DNA of 53,626 nt from an uncultured cyanobacterium (GCA_963807635.1 CAWEDJ010000046.1:1-53626); one strand, 5' to 3'. Counted from the first letter of the stretch, positions 1 through 11,402 are shown. Numbers and translations: made by a program. The notes: generated by a model from the sequence alone, not told the origin.

Positions 1-417
1 TCAAACGTCTAAATTCATAACGCGATTCTTTAACCTTTTCTGTGCCTTGCTCACTTGCTACTAATGTTTTTTTTTACGCCCTAATTCTAAACGTGTAAGA
101 GTTCGACTTACCCCCGATATACTTACTTCTATTCCTTTCTCTTGTTGCAATTTTTCTTGGATTTCTCGTAAATATATATCATTTTGTTCTGCAACTATTT
201 TTTTTAATAATTCTTCGTCTTCACCCTTTATCTTTGAACGGCGATCTCCCCCTTGGGGTTTGGGTGCTATTTCATTTGTTTGTCGATACCGACGTAAAAA
301 ATCGCGAACGAAAGATAAGCTAACCTTAAATCGTTTTGCTAAACCTCTTTGAGTATTTTCTTGGTTTTGCCATGCCGTTAGTATTCTTTGGCGTAAATCT
401 AGCGAATATGCTGCCAT
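1..417 (-). CDS. IS630 transposase, 5' part with slippery A9C frameshift site
   Basis: ORF ends GRKKKH* at an A9C run (plus-strand T67-75). The -1 frame continues KTLVASEQGTEKVKESRYEFRR off the window, as in split IS630 transposases. Confidence 0.8.
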
Positions 418-487
418 ATCTCATTAATTTTTTTAAGTTTTTTTCATGTTACCATACTTGTAGCGGGTTTGAACGAAATTTGCTGTA
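1..487 (-). mobile_element. IS630-family insertion sequence (one end; element runs off the window start)
   Basis: ORF 61-417(-) MAAYSLDLRQRIL... is an IS630-type HTH N-terminus. On the minus strand the element end reads CAGCAAATTTCGTTCAAACCCGCTAC from 485, next to a TA at 486-487 (the IS630 target). Confidence 0.85.
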
Positions 488-3400
488 GAAATTATTGATA
501 TTAGTAATCCCGCTCAACCTGTTTATAAGAGTAACTATGACATCACTACTAACGGTAGCGGTATAAATGCAAGGGATATAAAAATAGTGGGTAACTATGC
601 TTATGTCGCTGGAGGGACAGAAGGCTTGAAAATCCTAAACATTAGCAATCCCACCACTCCCATCTTGAAGTTCACAGGATATACCAATTATGGAACAGTT
701 AATAGTGTAGAAGTCGTAGGCAACTACGCTTATGTCGTCGCCTTTCAATATTCTGGTTTCTCTCCTTATTCTGGACTGATAATTCTGGACATCAGTGATC
801 CCACTACTCCTATTTTACAGGGCTATTATAGTACAGGCTACGGTAGCGGTAGTGATGTAAAAGTAGTTGGCAATTATGCCTATGTTCCTGCTTGGTCTTC
901 GGGTCTGAAGATTCTTGATATCAGCAATCCCACAGCCCCAACCCTCATAAGTAGTTATTCTACATCTTTTGCTGACACGGTAGAAATAGTGGGTAACTAT
1001 GCCTATATTGCCGCTTGGTATTCATTAGATATTTTAGATATCAGTAACCCTGCTACTCCCATTTTTGTCAGCAGTACTACTGTTGATGGTTCTGCTTCAC
1101 AGATAAAAATCATTGGTAACTATGCCTATGTTGGCTCCTATGGAGCAGGACTGAAAATTTTTGATATTAGCAATCCTGTTACTCCTGTTTTAAAAAACAC
1201 TTACGATTACGATACTTCTGCTGGCGGCATTTCTGATATAAAAGTAGTGGGTAATACGGCTTATCTTGCGGATGGGTTTTCAGGGGTGCAAATCCTAGAT
1301 ATCACTAATCCAATTACACCCACACTTAAAAGTCATTATGCTACTTCTTACGCTACAGATAATGTGCAAGTTGTGGGCAACTATGCCTATCTCGCTGATG
1401 GCCAGGCGGGACTACAAATCGTAGATATTAGCAACCCATCGGCTCCTATTACTAAAGGCACTTATGATGCTCCTTACTCCAACTCCATAATCAATGTGCA
1501 AGTTGTGGGCAACTATGCCTATGCGGCTGATCAATTTTTAGGACTGCAAATTCTTGATATCAGTAATCCTAGCAATCCAACTCTGAAAGGCAGTTACAGT
1601 TACGGTATTTCTGCTTCTGATATCAAAGTTGTTGGTAACTATGCTTACATCTCTGGGAGTTATACTGATTTAGGAGGCTCATATTTCGGAGGCTTACTAA
1701 TCCTAGACATCAGCGATCCTTCTATACCCACTTTCAAAGGTAGTTATGACAAATCAAATGTAGGTGGTTTTTCTGCGTTAGAAGTCGTGGGTAACTATGC
1801 TTATGGCACATCTAACTTTTTGGGATCAACCCTAAGTATTATTGACATCAGCAACCCCACAACTCCTATCCTTAAAAGCGATATTTACCTTGGTAGTAAT
1901 GGTTCTAGTCGCGATGTGGTAGTCGTCGGTAACTATGCCTATGTTGCCGACTGGAATGCAGGCTTAAAAATTATAGATATCAGTAATCCCGATGCTCCCA
2001 TTCTTAAAGGTACTTATCTAGGTGGGGCGGCAGGAGTAAAAGTAATCGGTAACTATGCCTATGTTGCAGGTTTCAGTCCAGAAGTAAAAGTCATAGATAT
2101 TAGTGATCCCACCTCCCCCATCGAGCGAGGTTCTTTTACTACAAATGACTATGCTTACGGTGTGGACGTAGTTGGGAACTATGCCTATGTCGCTTATGAA
2201 TGGGGTGGTGTCAAGATTATTGATGTGAGCGAATTTACTAACCCTATTTTGTTCCTTACACCCCAACAAGACATATTCAACCGTGGAGGACTTGATGACA
2301 CTGTTACGGGGACTTTTACTAACCTACTACAAAACGACAACATTAACGGTGGAGCAGGAATTGATACCCTAATTCTTTCTGGAGGAATCGCCTCTAATAC
2401 CATTACCATCAATGCCAGTAGTACCACCAATCAATTAAATATTGCAGGCACAACTGTTAAAGGATTTGAACGGTTTGATTTAAGCGGCTTCCTTGGCAAA
2501 GCTACCTACACAGGCACAACTGCAAATGATTGGGTTACAACTGGTGCGGGTGCTGATGTGCTTAATGGAGGTCTGGGAAGTGATACCTTGATTGGTGGTT
2601 TAGGCAACGACACTTACACAGTGGATAATGTGGGCGATATTGTTACAGAAACATCAACTCTTTCCACAGAAATTGATACAGTTAATTCCTCTGTCACCTA
2701 TACCTTAAGCGCGAACATAGAAAGACTGACCTTAACAGGGACAGCTAACATTCATGGAACAGGCAATACCTTAGCCAATACCCTTACAGGTAACACTGCC
2801 AACAACATCTTAGATGGAGGAGATGGCAACGATAGTCTGAATGGCGGTGCAGGTATTGATACTTTGATTGGTGGTTTAGGTAATGACACTTACACAGTGG
2901 ATAATGTGGGTGACATTGTTACAGAAACATCAACCCTTGCCACAGAAATTGATACAGTTAACTCCTCTGTCACCTATACCTTAAGCGCGAACGTCGAGAG
3001 ACTGACCTTAACGGGAACAGCTAACATTAATGGGACAGGCAATATCTTAGCCAACACCCTTACAGGTAACAGTGGCAACAACATCTTAGATGGAGGAGAT
3101 GGCAACGATAGCCTTAATGGCGGTGCAGGTATTGATGCCTTGATTGGTGGTTTAGGCAACGACACTTACACAGTGGATAATGTGGATGATATTGTTACAG
3201 AAACGTCAACACTTGCCACAGAAATTGACACAGTTAACTCCTCTGTTACCTATACCTTAAGCGCGAATGTAGAAAAACTGACCTTAACGGGTACAACTAA
3301 CATTGACGGAACAGGCAATACCTTAGCCAACACCCTTACAGGTAACAGTGGCAACAACATCTTAGATGGAGGAGATGGCAACGATAGCCTTAATGGTGGT

Positions 3401-4030
3401 ACGGGTATTGATACCTTGATTGGTGGTTTAGGTAACGACACTTATACAGTGGATAATGTGGGTGACATTGTTACAGAAACATCAACCCTTGCCACAGAAA
3501 TTGACACAGTGAACTCCTCTGTTACCTATACCTTAAGCACGAACGTCGAAAAACTGACCTTAACAGGTACAGCTAACATTGACGGAACAGGCAATACCTT
3601 AGCCAATACTATTACAGGGAATAGCGGCAACAATATCCTCACAGGTAATGGGGGTAATGATGTCCTTACAGGTAATAGCGGTAGTGATATTCTGGTTGGG
3701 GGAACTGACAACGATACCCTTAACTTAGGACTTAATGACGGCGTTTCTGATATTGTTCGCTATGCTTCAGGGGATGGCACAGATGTCATTAACCAATTCA
3801 TCAAAGGAACTGATAAACTTGCCTTCACAGGAATTGGTTTTATTGATGTCAAAGTATCTGGTACAAGTACCCAATTACGACTTAGTGATGGCATTCAAGC
3901 TAATGCAAACTTCGGAACAGGAATCCTACTGGCAACCCTTACTGGTGTCACAGGATTCACTGCTACTGATTTAGGACTAGGCGGAACAAGTTTAGATCCT
4001 TCTAATACCGCTACCTTCTTATTTGCTTAA
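488..4030 (+). pseudogene. LVIVD-repeat / RTX Ca2+-binding secreted protein, 5' end separated by IS630
   Basis: About 13 VVGNYAYVA...GLxILDISNP (LVIVD) repeats, then GGxGxDxLx nonapeptides. The frame is open upstream of the called GTG (587) right to the IS junction (488: [12 protein letters not shown]...). Confidence 0.8.
2582..3640 (+). repeat. Intragenic 276-bp (92-aa) tandem repeat, ~3.8 copies
   Basis: Units [26 protein letters not shown]... begin at 2582, 2858, 3134 and 3410 with high DNA identity. Confidence 0.92.
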
Positions 4031-4158
4031 GCTTGTTGCTGATTAACAAAATTGAAGGCGATCGCGTTTTTTTATCGGGAAGGGCGATCGCTTTTTTGCA
4101 AAATTTTCATCCCATCGAGTGAATCAATGGAAGCGTAATCCCTTAACCCCCCTTGGAG

Positions 4159-4174
4159 GTTCGGAAAACTACAC
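4159..4174 (+). promoter_or_regulatory. K-box-like heat-shock element upstream of dnaK
   Basis: GTTCGG-AAAA-CTACAC matches the cyanobacterial K-box (GTTCGG-NNAN-CCNNAC) with 1 mismatch. A -10-like TATAAA lies at 4204-4209. Confidence 0.6.
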
Positions 4175-4302
4175 TCCCAGAAAACCCCGTCTTCCCGTCA
4201 AACTATAAATATGTTCTTGAACTAAATCAGACCTAATTGCGTTATTGATTTTTATATAGTTCAAATTTTAGTCATCCTTATAGTTATATCGGAGTAAACA
4301 TT

Positions 4303-6207
4303 ATGGGAAAAGTTGTCGGTATTGATTTAGGAACCACCAACTCTTGCGTTGCAGTGATGGAAGGGGGAAAGCCTACGGTTATTGCCAATGCAGAAGGGTT
4401 TCGCACAACCCCCTCGGTAGTTGCCTATGCCAAAAACGGCGATCGCCTCGTCGGTCAAATTGCCAAACGTCAAGCCGTCATGAACCCTGGCAATACCTTT
4501 TATTCCGTCAAACGCTTCATGGGACGGAAATTTGACGAAGTAACCAACGAAGCTACCGAAGTTTCTTACAAAGTCTTGAGAGATGGCAATGGGAACGTTA
4601 AATTAGATTGTCCCGCCCAATCCAAGCAATTCGCGCCCGAAGAAATTTCTGCCCAAGTTCTCCGCAAACTCGTCGATGATGCCAGCAAATATTTAGGAGA
4701 AACGGTTACCCAAGCCGTCATCACCGTTCCCGCCTACTTTAATGATTCCCAACGTCAAGCCACGAAAGATGCAGGAAAAATTGCAGGGGTTGAAGTCCTA
4801 CGGATTATCAACGAACCCACAGCCGCATCCTTGGCCTACGGATTGGATAGAAAAAGCAACGAAACTATTCTGGTTTTTGACTTAGGCGGTGGAACCTTTG
4901 ACGTATCAGTTTTAGAAGTTGGTGATGGAGTTTTTGAAGTATTAGCAACCTCTGGCGACACCCATTTAGGCGGAGATGACTTCGACAAAAAAATTGTTGA
5001 TTATCTAGCCGATCAATTTAAACAAGCTGAAGGAATTGAACTCCGCCAAGATAAACAAGCTCTCCAACGGTTAACAGAAGCCGCCGAAAAAGCCAAAATT
5101 GAACTCTCTGGCGTAACCCAGACCGAAATCAATCTCCCCTTCATTACCGCTACCCAAGATCGGCCAAAACACCTCGACACAACCCTAACTCGCGCTAAAT
5201 TTGAAGAAATTTGTGCTGATCTGATTGACCGTTGTCGGATTCCCGTCGAAAACGCGGTTCGGGATGCCAAAATTGACAAAACAGCGTTGGACGAAGTGGT
5301 TCTCGTGGGTGGATCAACTCGGATTCCCGCCGTTCAGGAATTGGTTAAAAAAATTCTCGGTAAAGACCCCAACCAGAGTGTTAACCCCGATGAAGTGGTT
5401 GCCGTCGGTGCTGCCATTCAAGGTGGAGTCTTAGCGGGTGAAGTTAAGGATATTCTGTTATTAGATGTCTCACCCCTGTCTCTTGGGGTAGAAACTCTCG
5501 GTGGTGTGATGACTAAAATCATTCCCCGCAACACGACTATTCCTACCAAAAAATCTGAAACCTTCTCGACGGCTGTTGATGGTCAAACCAATGTAGAAAT
5601 CCATGTTCTGCAAGGGGAACGGGAAATGTCTCGTGATAACAAGAGCTTGGGAACATTCCGTTTAGATGGGATTCCTGCCGCTCCTCGTGGTGTTCCCCAA
5701 ATCGAAGTAACCTTTGATATTGACGCGAATGGTATTCTCAATGTCACGGCGAAAGACCGAGGCACGGGCAAGGAACAGTCCATCAGTATCACAGGGGCTT
5801 CTACGCTACCCGATACGGAAGTTGAACGCATGGTCAAGGAAGCTGAAGCGAATGCGGCAGTGGATCATGAACGTCGGGAAAAAATCGATCGCAAGAACCA
5901 AGCGGATTCTCTCGTTTATCAAGCCGAAAAACAACTCACGGAATTGGGTGACAAGGTTCCTGCGGCGGACAAAACGAAGGCGGAAACCTTGATTAAAGAC
6001 CTAAAAGAAGCGATCGCATCTGATAACGACGAGAAAATTGCCACTCTCTTGCCCGAACTACAGCAGGTACTTTATACCATCGGTTCCCAAATGTACCAAG
6101 GCGCAGGCGCCCCGACGGATGCTGCCCAGGGAGATGGAGGTGCTGGCCCCACAGGCGGTGCTTCGGGGGGTGATGAAGTGATTGATGCCGAATTTTCGGA
6201 AGACTAA
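4303..6207 (+). CDS. dnaK: Molecular chaperone DnaK (dnaK2 type)
   Basis: [27 protein letters not shown] and C-terminal VIDAEF motifs; GGAG RBS. Confidence 0.98.
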   Translation: MGKVVGIDLGTTNSCVAVMEGGKPTVIANAEGFRTTPSVVAYAKNGDRLVGQIAKRQAVMNPGNTFYSVKRFMGRKFDEVTNEATEVSYKVLRDGNGNVKLDCPAQSKQFAPEEISAQVLRKLVDDASKYLGETVTQAVITVPAYFNDSQRQATKDAGKIAGVEVLRIINEPTAASLAYGLDRKSNETILVFDLGGGTFDVSVLEVGDGVFEVLATSGDTHLGGDDFDKKIVDYLADQFKQAEGIELRQDKQALQRLTEAAEKAKIELSGVTQTEINLPFITATQDRPKHLDTTLTRAKFEEICADLIDRCRIPVENAVRDAKIDKTALDEVVLVGGSTRIPAVQELVKKILGKDPNQSVNPDEVVAVGAAIQGGVLAGEVKDILLLDVSPLSLGVETLGGVMTKIIPRNTTIPTKKSETFSTAVDGQTNVEIHVLQGEREMSRDNKSLGTFRLDGIPAAPRGVPQIEVTFDIDANGILNVTAKDRGTGKEQSISITGASTLPDTEVERMVKEAEANAAVDHERREKIDRKNQADSLVYQAEKQLTELGDKVPAADKTKAETLIKDLKEAIASDNDEKIATLLPELQQVLYTIGSQMYQGAGAPTDAAQGDGGAGPTGGASGGDEVIDAEFSED

Positions 6208-6233
6208 ATGAGTCTGATTATTAAATAAACTGG

Positions 6234-6262
6234 AGGGCTGAAGCAATTTCGGCCCTTTTTTT
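6234..6262 (+). terminator. Intrinsic terminator of dnaK
   Basis: AGGGCTGAA-GCAAT-TTCGGCCCT hairpin followed by a T tract. Confidence 0.85.
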
Positions 6263-6284
6263 GTTGCGATCGCCCATTTAATCA

Positions 6285-6515
6285 TCAGGCCTGATCTTCT
6301 GTAAACCGATCAATCGCTTCTACCATTATTTCTGAATAGGGTTCGAGTATCGTAGAACAGAGATAAAGATCAGCCAGAGCTTGAGAAAATTCTTCAGAGT
6401 CGGGATCGCTACTTTTAACGACTTGAATGGCATTCAGTGCTTTTTCAAGTTGGGGTTGATATTCATTCAAAAAATTTTCTAATCTCTTAAATGGATTTTT
6501 ATAGATGGTTGTCAT
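6285..6515 (-). CDS. Hypothetical helical protein (~76 aa)
   Basis: ATG at 6515 just downstream of the PP2C stop; natural acidic/helical composition. Confidence 0.6.
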   Translation of the reverse strand: MTTIYKNPFKRLENFLNEYQPQLEKALNAIQVVKSSDPDSEEFSQALADLYLCSTILEPYSEIMVEAIDRFTEDQA

Positions 6516-6525
6516 CGATGAACGC

Positions 6526-7254
6526 CTAATCCTGAGCAACAATGACCACCGTAATGTTATCTGAACCGCCCGCTTCCTTAGCTGATTCAATCAAGGCGAT
6601 CGCTTTTTGCTCATAGGACGTTTCCTTAGAGGCTAGGATTTCAAAAATCGTCTCATCTTCAACTTCTTCCGTTAAACCATCGCTACAAAGTAAAAAAGTA
6701 TCGCCAGGATTGACATCTAAAGCCTCAACTTCGACTTCCGCCAAATCTCTGCGCCCTAAACACTGAAAAAGCACGTGTCGCCAGGGATGAACCCTTGCCT
6801 GGTCTTCGTCAATATCACCCATTTTTAAAGCCCTAGCCACCCAGGTATGATCCTCACTGACTTGCTGTAACTTAGAAGATCTCAAACAATACAAGCGAGA
6901 ATCCCCCACATGGGCGCGCCAAGCTCCATCATGGCGAAAGGCGATCAAAACCGCCGTTGTTCCCATATCTCCCCGTTCGGGATGTTCTTCTTGATCTTCT
7001 ATAATTCCTTCATTGGCGGCTAATAATGCGTCCTGTAGGAGTTGGGGGGAAGGTATGTCCGATTCCCACTCTTTTTCTAAATAGTTCGTGACAAATTGGG
7101 TGGCAATTAAGCTCGCTTCCTGACCGCCTGCGTGTCCCCCCATCCCATCCGCAACAATAAAAAAACGCGCAGAAGGATCAATATAATAGCTATCTTGATT
7201 GGCGGAACGAACAACACCAGTATCAGTGCGTCCAACAAATTGGCGATTTGTCAT
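6526..7254 (-). CDS. pphA: PP2C-family Ser/Thr phosphatase (PphA-like)
   Basis: VADGMGGH, AHVGDSR, LLCSDGL, GGSDNIT motifs. It lies downstream of an ABC1 kinase, as Synechocystis pphA does. Confidence 0.85.
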   Translation of the reverse strand: MTNRQFVGRTDTGVVRSANQDSYYIDPSARFFIVADGMGGHAGGQEASLIATQFVTNYLEKEWESDIPSPQLLQDALLAANEGIIEDQEEHPERGDMGTTAVLIAFRHDGAWRAHVGDSRLYCLRSSKLQQVSEDHTWVARALKMGDIDEDQARVHPWRHVLFQCLGRRDLAEVEVEALDVNPGDTFLLCSDGLTEEVEDETIFEILASKETSYEQKAIALIESAKEAGGSDNITVVIVAQD

Positions 7255-7309
7255 GGGGGAATTAGTTTCTAACACGTGGGCAATATCGTGGGAATAACGT
7301 TTGGAACTC

Positions 7310-9073
7310 TTAAAATTTTCGGTCTTGTCGTTCTAGTCGTCGGATTAACTGCCAGAGCGCATAACCAGGAGCGATTGCTATTAATAATACAACAGCCGCG
7401 ATCGCAACGTATTGATTGACAAACAGGATCGTCGCAGAAATCAATAAGGCACAAAGGATCAAAGTATAGTTTGTTCCTAACTGCATCGTACTGAGACGGC
7501 GCAAAAGTCGGTCAGATTCCGAAGATCGTACCCGAATTAGCACATCTCCCCTGTCTAGCTTCTCAATTGTATCCTCAATTCGTCTTGGTAAACCCAGGGC
7601 CGTGTTACCAACTTGGGCTGCTTGCCGTCCGAGTTCATCAAACAGACTACTGCCAATACCATTATTCATACTATTTGTCATAAGCTGCATTGCAAAGGGT
7701 TGGGCCACTTGCATAAAGTTAAAATCCGGATCGAGTCCTTTGCCGACTCCTTCTAGGGTAGAAAAGGCCCGCATTACAAAGGTAAAAGTCGCAGGAAAAC
7801 GAAAGGGTTGACCATAGGCAATTTCATAAAGATCATCACTAATTTTGGTGATCGATTGCTCCTCGAAGGGTTTATCCATAAAATTATCCAACAAAAATTG
7901 GATAGAGCGACGAATCGGCCCCATATCTTCTGTTTGGGTCAGTGCGCCTAACTCAACCAGGGAGGACACGATGCGATCGGCATTTTTTTCCGCTACCCCA
8001 AAGAAGGTATCCATGAGTTTTTCCTTGGTGACAGGGGTAATTTCACCCATCATGCCAAAGTCATAGAAAATCAACGCCCCCTCATCAGGACTAACCGCTA
8101 AATTCCCTGGGTGGGGATCAGCATGGAAAAAACCATCATTTAATAACTGTTGGAGATAGGCTCTAGCACTCAACTTTGCTAACTGTTGACGACTCAAACC
8201 TGCTGCTTCTAAGGCTTCGTAGTGACTAATTTTAATGCCAGGTAAATATTCCAGGGTCAGAATGCGAGTGGAAGTATAACGCCAATAGACGCGGGGAACC
8301 TTTACCCAATCAGCTTCTCGGAAGTTACGGCGAAAGGTGTCAGCATTACGACCTTCTTTGAGATAATCGGTTTCCTGCCAAAGAATACGAGAACATTCAT
8401 CATAAATGCCTAGCCAATCCCTTCCTTCGCCCCATTTAGGATGATTTTGGAAATAATAAGCGATTTTTTTGAGGATAGCTAAATCAATCGTGAAAAGTTG
8501 CTTGAGACCAGGACGTTGAATTTTAACAACAACCTCTTCCCCTGTGTGGAGTTGGGCTTTATGAACCTGTCCTAAACTGGCTGCTGCGAGGGGAATGGGA
8601 TCAAAGGATTTATAGAGGGTAGAAAGGGGTTTTCCTAATTCTTTTTCAATTAAACCTGCCGCTTGTTCGTAGCTAAAGGCGGGAACCTCATCTTGAAGCT
8701 TGGAGAGTTCATAGACGTATTCGGCGGGAAAAATATCGGAGCGGGTTGAAAAAAGTTGACCCGTTTTAATAAACGTTGGCCCTAGATTGAGCAGACTTTC
8801 CCGAATCCAAACGGCTTGTTTTTGTCGTCTGCGAGCGAGTTTTTCTTCGCTATAGCCCCCTGAATAAGTCCATTTTTTTCCGTTACGCCAAAATTGAAAA
8901 AGCAAAGTGAGGACGAATCGCCAAATGTCAATGCGTCGGCGGGGGATGGAATAACTTTCTTGATTCCAGCGATATTTTTTCTCGGTCTCTAGGGAGGTCA
9001 CTCGTTTACTAGAGACACTACCCATTGGGAGGAGAGGAACGGAAGGATTAACGTTAGGGGATAGGGCAGACAC
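7310..9073 (-). CDS. AarF/ABC1/UbiB atypical kinase
   Basis: LGPTFIK, AAASLGQVH, VVVKIQRP, FFHADPHPGN, YDFGM motifs; C-terminal TM helices. Confidence 0.95.
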   Translation of the reverse strand: MSALSPNVNPSVPLLPMGSVSSKRVTSLETEKKYRWNQESYSIPRRRIDIWRFVLTLLFQFWRNGKKWTYSGGYSEEKLARRRQKQAVWIRESLLNLGPTFIKTGQLFSTRSDIFPAEYVYELSKLQDEVPAFSYEQAAGLIEKELGKPLSTLYKSFDPIPLAAASLGQVHKAQLHTGEEVVVKIQRPGLKQLFTIDLAILKKIAYYFQNHPKWGEGRDWLGIYDECSRILWQETDYLKEGRNADTFRRNFREADWVKVPRVYWRYTSTRILTLEYLPGIKISHYEALEAAGLSRQQLAKLSARAYLQQLLNDGFFHADPHPGNLAVSPDEGALIFYDFGMMGEITPVTKEKLMDTFFGVAEKNADRIVSSLVELGALTQTEDMGPIRRSIQFLLDNFMDKPFEEQSITKISDDLYEIAYGQPFRFPATFTFVMRAFSTLEGVGKGLDPDFNFMQVAQPFAMQLMTNSMNNGIGSSLFDELGRQAAQVGNTALGLPRRIEDTIEKLDRGDVLIRVRSSESDRLLRRLSTMQLGTNYTLILCALLISATILFVNQYVAIAAVVLLIAIAPGYALWQLIRRLERQDRKF

Positions 9074-9137
9074 GCGCTTTGGGGGAGTGAGGTTTCTAGA
9101 ATACGGAGGTATGACCGAGGGAAAACAGGGGAAATTC

Positions 9138-9455
9138 TCAGGAGGAGGATTCTCGATAATTCTTGAGTTCTGATTTCAGACTGGCCATTTCAGCCCGCAA
9201 CTTATCTAGGGTTTCTTGCAAATCTGCGGGGGAAACTAGGCCGTCAATGGTGGCGATCGTCGTATTACCTTGAGTGACATCCTGGGCGGCTTTGGCTTGC
9301 ACCTCTTCGATAAAGGAACGTAAATTTTCCCGTTGTTCAGCATCGAATTTGCCTAATTCACTCAGGGCATTCGTGAGACTATCTTCAGTTTTCTCGGTTA
9401 AAACCTCTGCGAAGGCGCGACCCAAGAAAAAAGCATGGAGGACTGGATTCGACAT
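9138..9455 (-). CDS. Conserved cyanobacterial coiled-coil protein upstream of ABC1 kinase (sll1769-like)
   Basis: [17 protein letters not shown]... with C-terminal [12 protein letters not shown] coiled coil; expected synteny. Confidence 0.8.
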   Translation of the reverse strand: MSNPVLHAFFLGRAFAEVLTEKTEDSLTNALSELGKFDAEQRENLRSFIEEVQAKAAQDVTQGNTTIATIDGLVSPADLQETLDKLRAEMASLKSELKNYRESSS

Positions 9456-9508
9456 AAATAAGGATGAAGATGAGTTTTGTTACAAATTATAACAATTATA
9501 ACCTGATT

Positions 9509-9775
9509 CTTAGGGCTTCTGTTCTAGGCTCTCTGATGAATTCTGGGAAATCGGCCAATCCTGGCGAGGCGGAAAGGATTGGGGAGACAGGCTTGCTTTA
9601 GGATTGCCCAGGGGCCGACATCACTAAACCGAATAGCCGCGCCGAACCCCACTCCCGCCGAAAGGGCGATCGCACTGGTCATGAGTAGGAACTGGAGCAA
9701 AAATCCAAGAGATCCTTTGGGACGGGGAAAAAACAGATGGGGTGCAGATTTAAGCCAATTAAGTCCTAATTTCAT
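9509..9775 (-). CDS. Small membrane protein, probably frameshifted near 9611
   Basis: TM segment ...SAGVGFGAAIRF. Adding one base in the G-run at ~9611-9614 gives ...SPQSFPPRQDWPIS...KP*, a more natural C-terminus. Confidence 0.45.
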
Positions 9776-9983
9776 GGATCAAGTCAGAGGATGCAAAGTA
9801 ACAATACTTGCTTGAGGTTATCGCAAGTGCGGAAAATTGCCAAGGTTGGTAGGGATCTTTACTCAAATTGAGTGAGCCGCTACACTGGGGATTACGGCTA
9901 TTTTAAGATTTAAGTTAAAATTCAAATTAAAATTCAAATTAAATTTGTAACTTTCAACATTTCAATCCTATTTTTAATTTTCT

Positions 9984-10313
9984 ATGAGTCAGGAACGATT
10001 TACGACAATGCAAGTAATGGCCACTTCGACGGTAACCCCCGATCGCTCAACGTCAACGACCGTTATTCGTAAAACCTATCCCAACTACAAAGTTATTGTT
10101 CTCAATGATGATTTTAATTCCTTTGACCATGTGGCCAATTGCTTATTGAAATATATTCCTGCCATGACCAGCGATCGCGCTTGGGAATTGACCAATCAAG
10201 TGCATTTTGATGGCCAGGCCATTGTCTGGGTAGGGCCCCAGGAACCCGCCGAACTCTATCATCAACAATTACGTCGAGAAAATTTAACAATGGCTCCCCT
10301 AGAGGCAGCATAA
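9984..10313 (+). CDS. clpS: ATP-dependent Clp protease adaptor ClpS
   Basis: YKVIVLNDDFNSFDHV...VHFDGQAIVW...LTMAPLE; the true start may be a downstream ATG. Confidence 0.92.
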   Translation: MSQERFTTMQVMATSTVTPDRSTSTTVIRKTYPNYKVIVLNDDFNSFDHVANCLLKYIPAMTSDRAWELTNQVHFDGQAIVWVGPQEPAELYHQQLRRENLTMAPLEAA

Positions 10314-10317
10314 ACTC

Positions 10318-10601
10318 ATGGCACACTCCGCAAAAGGGAGGTTAGTCTGGAATCATTCCACTCATCTGGACGGATTGATTCCCCACTTAGAAAAATTAAT
10401 TACTCGTGAAGGCATCGGTACTGTAACCCCAGGCGTGATCAGTCGTACCCGTAGCCATATTCCCCACTTAAATTTTCGGATTTCAGTTCCCATTCGGGGG
10501 GATTTAAAGTTATTGCCAGACAGGGAAAAACCGCTCAAGAAATTTTTATTTTAACGAGCTTGGAGCAAGATGCTTTACAAGGATTGTTAGAGGCGTTATA
10601 A
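10318..10601 (+). CDS. DUF2103-like protein (frameshift in G-run 10496-10501)
   Basis: RLVWNHSTHLDGLI...TVTPG. One extra G restores IRGGFKVIARQGKTAQEIFILT...EAL*. Confidence 0.75.
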
Positions 10602-10722
10602 AAACAAGAATAGGGCAGGAAGTCCCCACCCTCAAAGCTCTTAAAGAAGCTAAAAATTGACGTAAACCTATGGGATTTAGATAATTTCATTTCCGCTAAC
10701 TAATGGAAGAGATAATGAAAAT

Positions 10723-10851
10723 TTACGCGCTTGTTCTTCTTTTGCTACCAAACTTCTTCCCTGTGGTGCGAGTTGCGGCAGAGCGAAATTGGCGAGCATA
10801 GGCTCTATTGCGCTCTGCTTTTTCTTTTTTTAGATTACGACGTTTAGCCAC
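10723..10851 (-). CDS. Small very basic protein (42 aa) missing from the ORF track
   Basis: GTG start with GAGGA RBS 7 nt upstream: MAKRRNLKKEKAERNRAYARQFRSAATRTTGKKFGSKRRTSA*. Confidence 0.75.
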   Translation of the reverse strand: MAKRRNLKKEKAERNRAYARQFRSAATRTTGKKFGSKRRTSA

Positions 10852-11108
10852 TACATTTTCCTCATTAAGACAATAAAAATCCCTACGTTTAAGTAGGAAT
10901 ACTTCGGCAATATTTCGGGGAGAAGCTTGAAGAAAGCTTAATAGAATCTATTTAGACCTACAAACTTATTTTTCTACCGATCTGCCAATCACTCGGCCAT
11001 TCTAACACGCTAGGTTATCCTACTCCTGGACTAAACGTCTATAATCATAGATTTTTATGACCTCAAAGCCTTAACCTATCTGCTTTACGATTAGTTTCAG
11101 AGATTTTG

Positions 11109-11402
11109 TTAGGGGGCGATCGCGGTCACTAGGACAAAGGGTTGGACGATCAAGGTATTAAATTGTTTTTCGGGTTCGGCGTTCCAGTGATTGAGTTCTT
11201 CCTGGGAAGGCTTGTGTAACAATAGTTCACTCAGCCAGTTTTGGACAACGGGCGCATTATCCTCGGCGATCGCGACTCCGACCTCGACGAGATCCAAGGC
11301 TCCATCGACTACAATCACCGCATCTCGTTTGGCGTGGGGAATCAGGGTTTCCCAATCCATCGGGGCCAGGTCTTTAATGAGTTGAGTTTTAACGTCTGAC
11401 AT
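11109..11402 (-). CDS. DUF2288 family protein
   Basis: WETLIPHAKRDAVIVV...LDLVEVG.AIAEDN...IVQPFVL. Confidence 0.85.
   Translation of the reverse strand: MSDVKTQLIKDLAPMDWETLIPHAKRDAVIVVDGALDLVEVGVAIAEDNAPVVQNWLSELLLHKPSQEELNHWNAEPEKQFNTLIVQPFVLVTAIAP

Noticed and set aside
2582..3640. Regular repeats as a CRISPR array or DGR template/variable repeats
   Set aside because: They are in-frame 276-bp coding units with no unique spacers. The differences are not adenine-specific, and no cas or DGR accessory gene is present.
2018..3974. Short antisense/alternate-frame ORFs in the RTX gene (and similar ones in dnaK, the kinase, hisS, zwf and the P-type ATPase)
   Set aside because: Shadow ORFs of strongly supported genes, with no independent motifs.
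5158..5166. DnaK QDRPKH instead of the usual QDGPKH
   Set aside because: A single change in an error-prone sequence; cannot be distinguished from a consensus error.
9478..9494. TGTTA-N7-TAACA palindrome as an NtcA site
   Set aside because: Spacing and sequence do not fit GTA-N8-TAC; no regulator can be assigned.
9911..9946. Short AT-rich tandem repeat (TTAAAATTCAAA x2-3) upstream of clpS
   Set aside because: Too short and low in complexity to support a function.
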